Part shown: positions 56,053-64,000 of the stretch, one piece after another
How the letters are laid out: each line of letters starts with the position of its first letter
Position numbering within the stretch: the stretch's first letter is position 1
NCBI GenBank assembly: GCA_963836075.1
Contig: CAWIIB010000009.1
Location: 896,001-960,000 of the forward strand
DNA: 64,000 nt
Reading direction: 5' to 3'
DNA from: an uncultured Acidobacteriota bacterium
Lineage (GTDB): Bacteria; Acidobacteriota; JAQAZP01
Position numbers and translations under genes: made by a program
Notes under the pieces: generated by a model
What the model was told of the DNA's origin: nothing
Database searches by the model: none
The model's input: only the letters and a program-made list of their open reading frames with translations

Positions 56053-58388
56053 ATGAACGAGACGACCACAACCAGTGCGCAGCCTCGAGAGTGGCCGGAG
56101 CTGTCCCGCCGCCGCTGGGAACTCACCGGCCTGGCGGCCACGCTGGTCATCGTCCTCGCCTTCCCGGCGTATCTCGTGAAGCAGCACCACTGGCCCGCCG
56201 CCGGCTCGGGGCAGCAGGTACCTCCGCCTCGGCCGGATTCGTGGGCCGGGAGACCTGCCGCCCCTGCCACAAACCGCAATGCGACGCCTGGGACGGCTCG
56301 CACCACGACCTGGCCATGGACCGGGCCACCGACGAGACGGTGCTGGCCGACTTCAACGACGCCACCTTCACCAAAGCGGGCCACACCTCCCGCTTCTACC
56401 GCCGGGACGGCAAGTTTTTCGTGGAGACCACCGGCCCCGACGGCCGGCCGGGCGAGTTCGAGGTGACCCACACCTTTGGTGCCTACCCGCTGCAGCAGTA
56501 CCTGGTGCCCTTCCCCGGCGGCCGGCTGCAGTGCCTGACCATCGCCTGGGATTCGAAGGACGGCCGGTGGTTCCACCTCTACCCCGACGTGGAGCACCAG
56601 CCGGGCGACTGGCTGCACTGGACCAGCGGCGGGATGAACTGGAACCTGATGTGCTCCGAGTGCCACTCCACCAATCTCAAGAAGGGCTTCGACCCGGAAA
56701 CCAACAGCTACGACACCACCTGGTCCGAGATCGACGTCAGCTGCGAGGCCTGCCACGGCCCCGGTTCGCAGCACCTGCGCTGGGCCGAGCTGCCGGCCAT
56801 GGCCCGGCCGCCCACCGAAAACTACGAGTTGGTGGTGGACACCAGCGATGTCGAGCCCAAAGAGCAGGTGGAACTCTGCGCGCCCTGCCACTCCCGGCGG
56901 GCCTTTCTCGACGACTACGTTCACGGCCGGGAGAGCCTGCTGGACAGCCTGGTTCCCCAACTGCTTTCCGAGGGGATGTACTTCCCCGACGGCCAGATCC
57001 TCGAGGAGGTCTACGTCTACGGCTCGTTCATCCAGAGCAAGATGTATTCGAGCGACGTCCGCTGCGGCGACTGCCACGACGTGCACAGCCTGAAGCTGCA
57101 CAAAGAGGGCAACGGGGTCTGTCTGCAGTGCCACCGGGCCGAGGTCTACGACACCGGCGACCACCATTTCCACAAGAAGATCCACGAGGGCAAGGAGAGC
57201 GAAGGCGCTCTCTGCGCCCGCTGCCACATGCCGGGCCGCACCTACATGGGCAACGACTACCGCCTGGACCACAGCCTGCGGTTGCCCCGCCCCGACCTCA
57301 GCATCGCCCTGGGCGTGCCCAACGCCTGCAACCAGGCGGGCTGCCACGACGACAAGGACGTCCAGTGGTCCGAGCGCTACATGACCCAGTGGTACGGCAC
57401 CGCCAGGAAGCCGCACTACGGCAAACTGTTCGCCGCCGGGCGGGAGCGGCGCCCCGAGGCCGAGGCCGGCCTGATCGGCCTGCTGGGGGACGCCCTCAGC
57501 CCGGTGATGGTGCGGGCCACCGCCGCCTCGCTGCTCGGATCGTATTTCAGCAACGCCAGTGGCCAGGCCCTGGAACAGGCGCTGGACGACGGGGAGGAAC
57601 TGATCCGCCACGCGGCGATCACCGCCCTCGAGCGCCGGGACCTGCAACAGAACGTCCGCCTTATCACCCCGCTGCTCTACGACCCGGTGCGGGCGGTGCG
57701 CATGGAGGCGGCACGCACCCTGGCCGGCGTCCCTCCGGCCCAGCTGCAGCCGCCCTCCATCATTCCGGTCTTCGAATCTGCCCTCGAGGAGTATATCGCT
57801 GCCAGCATGTATGCTTCAGATTTCCCGGAAGGCCGTTACAACCTGGGCAACCTCTACGCCAACCTGGACCGGGCCGCCGAGGCCGAATCGGAGTATCTCG
57901 ACGCCATCCGCATCGACAGCACCTTCTTCCCCGCCCAGGTCAACCTGGCCCTGCTGCTCAACCAGCTGGGGCGCAACGACGAGGCGGCCGGGCTGCTGAG
58001 GGACGCCCTGGCCACCGAACCCGATTCCCCGCTGGTGAACTACAACCTCGGCCTGCTGCTGGCCGAGATGGAGCAGTTCGAAGAGGCGGCGGAGCGGTTG
58101 GTCCAGGCTGCCGATGGCATGCCCGGCCACACCCGGGTGCTTTACAACCTCGGCCTGGTGGAGCAGCGGCTGGGACGGCCGGCAAAGGCTGCCGCGGCCA
58201 TTGACCGGGCGCTGGCCCTGGAACCGGAGAACGGGGAATACCTCTACACCGCCGCCTGGCTGGCTTCGCTCCGTCAAGATTTTGACGGTGCTGAGGCCTA
58301 TGCCCGGCGGATGACGGCCCGGCCGGAGACCAGGGAACAGGGGCAGGAACTGCTGGCGGCCATAGGCCGGGCGCGGCGGGAAGAATGA
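56053..58388 (+). CDS. Membrane-anchored multiheme cytochrome c with HEAT/TPR repeats (frameshift near 56220)
   Basis: CRPCH, CSECH, CEACH, CAPCH, CGDCH, CLQCH, CARCH plus CNQAGCH; YNLG-type TPR motifs. Confidence 0.88.
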
Positions 58389-58835
58389 CGCCGGTGACGA
58401 CGACCTGCTGGCCGAGCTACTGCTCCTACCCGCTCGATCACGGGCCGTGAACAGAAACAGGAAGGCTGGGTGACGGGCCCCCGTTACCTTCAGCCATAAG
58501 CTTCTTTTTATCTTTCGATCACCTTGAAGCGAGCGGTATCTTTCACCCGCCGGTCGACACCCGGCGTACCCTGTATATTTACCTTGCGGGGGATTTCCCT
58601 TTTCGGGGATATGGGCTATAGTATTTGTCGATTACAGGGCGGCCAAAATTACGATACCCGGTGAAGCCGACAGCCGACAGCCGACAGCGGGCGGCGGTGG
58701 CGCTGGTGGATATACGTCCGGCTCATCGAACGCCGGGGAATGAGATTATTACCAATAGCAGGCATAAGGAAAAAACTGCGTGCGATGCATCGTGTGAAAC
58801 CCCGGCAATAACCCGGCCCCTCGAAAGGAACATCG

Positions 58836-59693
58836 ATGACGAAGAAAAACACGAACATCGGCAGCGTCATCTTTGCCGCCCTGTTCATCGGCGCGATGGC
58901 CGCACCGGCGCTCGCGGCCGAACCGCCGAATATGAAGATGACCACGGACATTCCCGAGTCCATCACCACGCCGGACCGCGTCGAGACGCGAATCGGCACC
59001 CTCGAGTTTTTCGACGGAATCCCCTCCAAGGAGACTGCCGACCTGGTCTACGACTACCTCGACTTCTCGCGTGCCATGGAGGCCTTCCTGAATGGGATCC
59101 CCGCGGCCTCCATTGAAGGGCTTCGGCTTGGTGCGGCCTCGCTCGGTGCGAAGAACTCGAACCAGGTCCTCTACTTTGACAAGCTGATGGACAGCAAGGC
59201 GCTGTTTCTCACCGGCAACTCAAGCACCGTCTACGCCATCCCCATTCTCGACCTCAAAAAGGATGGCCCGACAGTGGTCGAGATTCCGGCCGGGGCCGGC
59301 CCGGGGACGGTGAACGACGCCTACTTCCGCTTTGTGATCGACATGGGCGCCCCCGGCCCGGACAGAGGCAAAGGCGGCAAGTATCTGATCCTGCCCCCGG
59401 ACTACGAGGGCGACCTCGAAGGCCCCATCGGTGGCAAGGCACAGGTCATCGACGGCGAGACCTACTTCGTTGCCAAATCCACCAGCTATGTGAACTGGGT
59501 CGCTTTGCGTGGATTCCTCGTCGACGGGTCGATCGATCTCTATTTCGGCCCCGAGGCCCCGGCGGGCAAGGAGGCGAACTGGACCCAGACGGTTCCCGGC
59601 AAGGGCTGGTTCTGTCTCTTGCGTCTCTATAGCCCCACCGAGGCTTGGTTCGAGAAGACCTGGCGACCGGGCGAAATCGAGCTGGTCAACTGA
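58836..59693 (+). CDS. DUF1254/DUF1214 protein with an apparent in-frame internal deletion
   Basis: Signal peptide, TPDRVETRIGTL, LFLTGNSSTVY, GPDRGKGGKYL, then a direct jump RGFLVDG|SIDLYFGP...W.PG.IE. Confidence 0.8.
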   Translation: MTKKNTNIGSVIFAALFIGAMAAPALAAEPPNMKMTTDIPESITTPDRVETRIGTLEFFDGIPSKETADLVYDYLDFSRAMEAFLNGIPAASIEGLRLGAASLGAKNSNQVLYFDKLMDSKALFLTGNSSTVYAIPILDLKKDGPTVVEIPAGAGPGTVNDAYFRFVIDMGAPGPDRGKGGKYLILPPDYEGDLEGPIGGKAQVIDGETYFVAKSTSYVNWVALRGFLVDGSIDLYFGPEAPAGKEANWTQTVPGKGWFCLLRLYSPTEAWFEKTWRPGEIELVN

Positions 59694-59993
59694 GCCGGAT
59701 CGAAGACGGCGCAGCGGCGCTGTTCATCCCGGCTCTCGAACCAACGAACGGGGCGTGCCTCCGCACCGCCGCCTGGCTGGATTCGAAGCGGCAGGCGGGG
59801 GCTGGCACTTTGAGGCGGTTCGTTGTATCGTCACTGCAATAGCGCATGCTACACTGAAATAGCAAGCTAAACCTGAGCGCCATCAAGATCCCCTGCCGCG
59901 CCACGAGGCCGGCGTGAAAAATCGCCGGTGTTTGGACGGCAAGGCGGGGAGCCCGAAACCGGGATCCACGAGATCGTCGAGGAGGAATTCAAC

Positions 59994-61385
59994 ATGAAGC
60001 GAACCATGGCCTTTGCGTCCCTGGCCCTGCTGCTGCACCTGTCGCTGGCCGGGGCCGGTGCTCCTGTGGCGGCGCAAACGGCCGCCGCTCCGGCGCCGGC
60101 CACCGCCGCCGACAGTGGCGGCAGCACCGGCTTTTCGGCTGAGCAGCTCGAGCAACTGGTGGCGCCCATCGCGCTCTATCCCGACTCTCTGCTGACCCAG
60201 ATCCTGATGGCGGCGACCTACCCGCTGGAGGTGGTGCAGGCCGACCGCTTCATGCGCGAGAACGCCGAGCTCAAGGGCGATGCGCTCGATGCGGCGCTCA
60301 AGGAACAGGATTGGGATCCCTCGGTCAAGGGGCTGTGCACCCTGCCCGACGTGCTCGACCAGATGAGCGAGAACCTCGACTGGGCCCAGGATCTGGGCGA
60401 TGCTTTTCTCGGGCAGAAAGACGAGTTGCTCGATACCGTCCAGCGGATGCGCGGCAAGGCCAACGACGCCGGGAACCTGAAGACCACCGAGCAGCAGGTG
60501 GTGACAGTGCAGCAGGACAAGATCATCGTCATCGAGTCGCCTCAGCCCGAGGTCATCTACGTCCCCACCTATTCACCAACCGTGGTCTACGGGCCGGCCT
60601 GGCACTACCCCAGCTATTACTATCCGGCGTTCTACGCCCCGCCGCCGCCCGGCGTCGGGCTGATCACCTTCGGCGTCGGCGTCGCGGTGGGGGCGGCAAT
60701 CTGGGGCAACTGCCACTGGGGCTGGGGCCACTCCAACGTCAACATCAACGTGAACCACTACAACAACTTCAACCGCAACACGAACATCAATCACAACAAT
60801 ATGAACCGGTCCGTCAACAATTCGAACTGGCAGCACGACCCCGGCCACCGCAAAGGGGTCAACTACCAGAACTCTTCGGTGGCGGGCCAATACGGCGGGC
60901 AGGGAGGCTCGAATCGAGTGGCGCAGGACCAGGCGCGAGGCCGGTCGGCTTCATCCACCGGCACCCGTCAGGCAGGCACCCCCTCCGCCGGGGCTCAGGA
61001 TCGGGCCAACGCCGCCAAGAGCGGGGCCAGCGACCGGGCCAGTGCCGCAAAGAGTGGTGCCAGTGAGAAGGCCGGCGCCGCCAAGAGCGGGGCCAGCGAC
61101 CGGGCCAGTGCCGCAAAGAGCGGGGCCAGTGAGAAGGCCGGCGCCGCCAAGAGTGGGGCGAGCGACCGGGCCAGTGCCGCAAAGAGTAGTGCCAGCGCCG
61201 CCAAGAGCTCCGGGGCATCGAGACCCTCTACCGGCAGCGCATACAGCGGGTCGAGTCGGCCGAACGCCGACCGGGCCGCCAGCAGTCGCGGTTCGTCCAG
61301 CCGGGGCACAAAGTCTTACAGCGGTGGCGGCAGTCGCGGCGGCGGTGGCGGTCGTGGTGGCGGCGGCCGTGGCGGCCGTCGCTAA
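59994..61385 (+). CDS. DUF3300-domain protein with a low-complexity tail
   Basis: LEQLVAPIALYPDSLL, WDPSVK, LGDAF, YVPTY.P..VYG. Confidence 0.9.
   Translation: MKRTMAFASLALLLHLSLAGAGAPVAAQTAAAPAPATAADSGGSTGFSAEQLEQLVAPIALYPDSLLTQILMAATYPLEVVQADRFMRENAELKGDALDAALKEQDWDPSVKGLCTLPDVLDQMSENLDWAQDLGDAFLGQKDELLDTVQRMRGKANDAGNLKTTEQQVVTVQQDKIIVIESPQPEVIYVPTYSPTVVYGPAWHYPSYYYPAFYAPPPPGVGLITFGVGVAVGAAIWGNCHWGWGHSNVNINVNHYNNFNRNTNINHNNMNRSVNNSNWQHDPGHRKGVNYQNSSVAGQYGGQGGSNRVAQDQARGRSASSTGTRQAGTPSAGAQDRANAAKSGASDRASAAKSGASEKAGAAKSGASDRASAAKSGASEKAGAAKSGASDRASAAKSSASAAKSSGASRPSTGSAYSGSSRPNADRAASSRGSSSRGTKSYSGGGSRGGGGGRGGGGRGGRR
61012..61210 (+). repeat. Coding 33-bp tandem repeats (AAKSGASDRAS / AAKSGASEKAG, alternating)
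   Basis: About five to six units visible in both DNA and protein; boundaries approximate. Confidence 0.85.
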
Positions 61386-61404
61386 CATAAATGGAGAATG
61401 ACCG

Positions 61405-62388
61405 ATGAACCGAATTCGAAAGAATCATTCAAGAGTGGCCAACGTCTTCTGTATCGCCTGCCTCCTGCTCTGTTTTGCCGGTTGCTCTCCGCCCGCGCCG
61501 GGCACCTTCGCCTCCCCCGAGGAGGCGGTTCAGGCGCTGCACGATTCCATCGGTTCCGGCGACAGGAGCTGGATCGAAGAGATCTTCGGCCCCGGCAGCC
61601 TCGACCTCTTCAGTTCGGGCGACGAGGCGCAAGACCATCAGGATGGTCAGCGGGTCAAGGAGATGATCGCCGGGAAGGTCGAGATCGACGAAATTGATGT
61701 CGATACGGTGGTCGCTCTCATCGGCGAAGAGGCCTGGCCCTTCCCCATACCGCTGGTCCGGCGCGACGGGAGGTGGCGCTTCGATACCGAAGCCGGCCGC
61801 GAGGAACTGCTTAACCGGAGGATCGGCTACAACGAGCTGTGGACGCTGGCCTCGCTCCACGAGTATGTCGACGCCCAGCTCGAATACGCCACCGTCGGCC
61901 GCGACGGCAACCCCCCGGCCTTCGCGCAGCGTGTTCGCAGCAGCGAGGGACTGCATGACGGGCTTTTCTGGGACACCGCCGAAGGTGAGCCGCTCAGCCC
62001 GCTGGGCGACCTGCTGGCAGCGGCCGAGAAGGACAATCCCGAGCCGCTCCCTTTCCACGGGTATCGGTACCGGATTCTCACCGGCCAGGGGCCGAACGCT
62101 CCCGGTGGAGAGAAGAACTATCTCGACGGGGATGGCCGGATGACCGGCGGCTTTGCGGCGATCGCCTGGCCCGCCAAGTATGGAAACTCGGGGGTCATGA
62201 CCTTCATCATCAACCAGCGGGACATCGTTTTCGAGAAGGACCTCGGTGAGGAGACGGCAGCGGTGGCCGCCGGGATCCAGCTCTTCGACCCTGATGCGAG
62301 CTGGAGTGTGACGGCGGACAACCTCGAAGATATCGAGGAGGATATCGCGGCGTTTGTTGAGCCTGCAGTTGGGTCGGAAGCCGAGTAA
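61405..62388 (+). CDS. DUF2950-family lipoprotein
   Basis: WPFPIPLV, RRIGYNEL, PFHGYRYRIL, GFAAIAWPAKYGNSGVMTF; usual partner of DUF3300. Confidence 0.92.
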   Translation: MNRIRKNHSRVANVFCIACLLLCFAGCSPPAPGTFASPEEAVQALHDSIGSGDRSWIEEIFGPGSLDLFSSGDEAQDHQDGQRVKEMIAGKVEIDEIDVDTVVALIGEEAWPFPIPLVRRDGRWRFDTEAGREELLNRRIGYNELWTLASLHEYVDAQLEYATVGRDGNPPAFAQRVRSSEGLHDGLFWDTAEGEPLSPLGDLLAAAEKDNPEPLPFHGYRYRILTGQGPNAPGGEKNYLDGDGRMTGGFAAIAWPAKYGNSGVMTFIINQRDIVFEKDLGEETAAVAAGIQLFDPDASWSVTADNLEDIEEDIAAFVEPAVGSEAE

Positions 62389-62633
62389 GCGTCTCCGTAA
62401 AGACCACGCCCCGTGCATCGTGGGCCGCAACCGGAAACGGATGAGGAGCAGTCACACACACCGTGCGAAACCTTGGCCCGCCACGGACGAAAGGTCAGTC
62501 GCTGACGCTGTCGACAACGGTTGCCGCGAAGCTCGCCGGAAAGGCGACGATGATCGTACGCTTGATCGCCACCAGGGTTTCGGTGAGTTGGTGAAGCCGG
62601 TCCACCGCAAAGAGCACCGATGCCGACACCAGC

Positions 62634-63184
62634 ATGGTCACGCTGTTCGTCTTTTCCGTCTTTGCCGTCTTTGCCGTCTGTGCCGGATTCGGCGGGGAGG
62701 TAAACCGTTTGCTCGGGTCTGTCGGGCTGGTATTGCCCGGCTTTGTCACCGCCATGCTGGCCGGAGTGCTGCTGACCAACCTGGTGGATATGCTGAACCT
62801 CTCCCTCTTCGAAGACGTGGTCAAACTGGCCGGTGATGTGAGCCTCAACCTCTTCCTGGTGCTGAGCCTGATCAGTCTCGACTTCAAGTACCTGTCGGGC
62901 GCCGCGGTGCCCATCCTGGCCATCCTCGCCGTGCAGATCGTGGCGGCGGTGGTCTATGCCCGGTGGGTCATTTTCAAGGGGTGCGGCGGCGACTACGACG
63001 CCGCGGTCATCGCCTCGGGTTTTTTGCATCGCCTCGGGCAGCGGCGGTGGCCAACATGGGTGCGGTGACCAGCCGCTGCGGGCCGTCCCTCCGGGCGATG
63101 CTCGTGCTGCCGATGGTCGGCGCCGGGATCCTGGATCTAGCCAACGCCTTCATCATCGAGGGCTACCTGAGGCTGCTGCTCTGA
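62634..63184 (+). pseudogene. 5'-truncated, frameshifted Na+/glutamate symporter (GltS) remnant
   Basis: LPGFVTAM.AG, DVSLNLFL, GDYDAAVI, ANMGAVT...GPS..A...PMVGA..LD.AN match the C-terminal half only. Confidence 0.75.
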
Positions 63185-63212
63185 GCTGGTCATGATTGTC
63201 TGAGTTGGGCCC

Positions 63213-63261
63213 GAAGCCCGACCGGCCGGGTTGAACTGGGTGAAACCAGCCGGTCGGGTTC
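63213..63261. terminator. GC-rich hairpin between convergent genes
   Basis: gaagcccgaccggc ... gccggtcgggttc inverted repeat; no U-tract. Confidence 0.4.
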
Positions 63262-63280
63262 GATCGGCACCCTGGCCTCC

Positions 63281-63817
63281 TCACTCCTTGGCGGCCTCGT
63301 TCAGTTCCTTCTCGAGTTCTTTCTTGTCCGCCTTGATCGCCTTGTTGACGACCTTCTGAGCTTTCGTTATGGCAGCAGCCACGCGATCACCCACGTCGGT
63401 CGCGGCAACCACCACGAGACCGGCCTGGCCAGTGTCCAGCACCTCGCCGAGATCCTTCAGGTCGTCCCGGCTCATGCCGCCCGCCGCGTGTCCGGCGAGC
63501 GCACCGAGGGCGCCACCGGCACCAGCCGTCACGGCCAGCAGGCCTGTGCCCAACGCAAAAGCCGGGAACAATGCGGCACCCAGGCCCAGTGCGAGACCCC
63601 AGCCGGCGCCGGTCCATGCACCCTGACGGACAGGCTGCTCGTGCTTTTTCACGATCTTGACCTTGCCGTTGTCTTTCTTCTTGAGCACGGAAGCATCGAA
63701 TGTATCCATCAGGCCGAGGTCATAATACAGCGTCTTGACGGCCTCATAATCCGCCTCAGCCGCATCCACCGTGTCGTAGGTTGCACCAAACGCTGTCATC
63801 TCAACATAGTCACTCAT
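63281..63817 (-). CDS. DUF1269-like membrane protein
   Basis: ATYDTVDAAEADYEAVK, Gly-rich transmembrane hairpin, GMSRDDLKDLGEVLD.GQAGLVVV. Confidence 0.8.
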   Translation of the reverse strand: MSDYVEMTAFGATYDTVDAAEADYEAVKTLYYDLGLMDTFDASVLKKKDNGKVKIVKKHEQPVRQGAWTGAGWGLALGLGAALFPAFALGTGLLAVTAGAGGALGALAGHAAGGMSRDDLKDLGEVLDTGQAGLVVVAATDVGDRVAAAITKAQKVVNKAIKADKKELEKELNEAAKE

Positions 63818-64000
63818 CGTCTTTCTCCGCTGGCAGTAATGTCAATTGCGGTTCTCGATTTACTGTCGCGATTCGCCCCAGCTCGTTTTTCATACACCTG
63901 AGTTACGGCGTCGTGACCTCGATAGCCAGGCCCGCACCCATGACTACCGTAACCGTCTCTCCTGCCACGACTCCTGACAGGTTTACGTCTTTCTTGACTT

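Noticed and set aside
58666-58690. (gccgaca)3 heptamer repeat
   Set aside because: Only three units and no associated gene; no function can be supported.
59738-59830. Third attC-like site after the DUF1254 gene
   Set aside because: Only an 8-bp terminal inverted repeat (caacgaac / gttcgttg) with poor internal pairing; too weak to call.
62430-62480. Hammerhead-like ggatgagg...cgaaac
   Set aside because: The core reads CGGAUGA rather than CUGAUGA, and the flanking stems do not pair.

Overview
A high-GC bacterial chromosome segment spanning the replication origin; the DnaA and Jag sequence features suggest Acidobacteriota (inference). The left part is the canonical origin block: rsmG'-mnmG-mnmE-jag-yidC-yidD-rnpA-rpmH, divergent from dnaA-oriC-dnaN-recF-gyrB-gyrA. 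It is followed by an accessory islet (deleted DUF4143 ATPase, FrnE/DsbA, Xre-RES toxin-antitoxin pair), an acyl-CoA carboxylase operon, a secreted alpha/beta-hydrolase, mfd, and surA-S4-yhaM-dusB-'dead AAA+/Fis'-hypothetical. Further right are glnA, mrpA-G, valS, a patatin-POTRA-barrel gene, a small attC-like cassette islet, a cytochrome b/Rieske/multiheme-TPR module, DUF1254, DUF3300-DUF2950, a gltS remnant and DUF1269. Many single-base indels between about 41 and 56 kb, including in the essential valS, look like assembly errors. No CRISPR array, rRNA, integrase or transposase was seen. The most notable unexplained signals are: (1) a cluster of six co-oriented DnaA-box-like 9-mers about 37 kb from oriC, upstream of valS; (2) dusB coupled to a catalytically dead enhancer-binding protein with a Fis helix-turn-helix, an NtrC-to-Fis-like intermediate; (3) GGGG(A/T)C-ended palindromes and direct repeats that bracket cargo genes, including the attC-like islet; (4) a degenerate tRNA-Glu lying between two copies of a 75-bp mfd segment; (5) a bc-type complex in which a 7-8-heme TPR protein may stand in for cytochrome c1.
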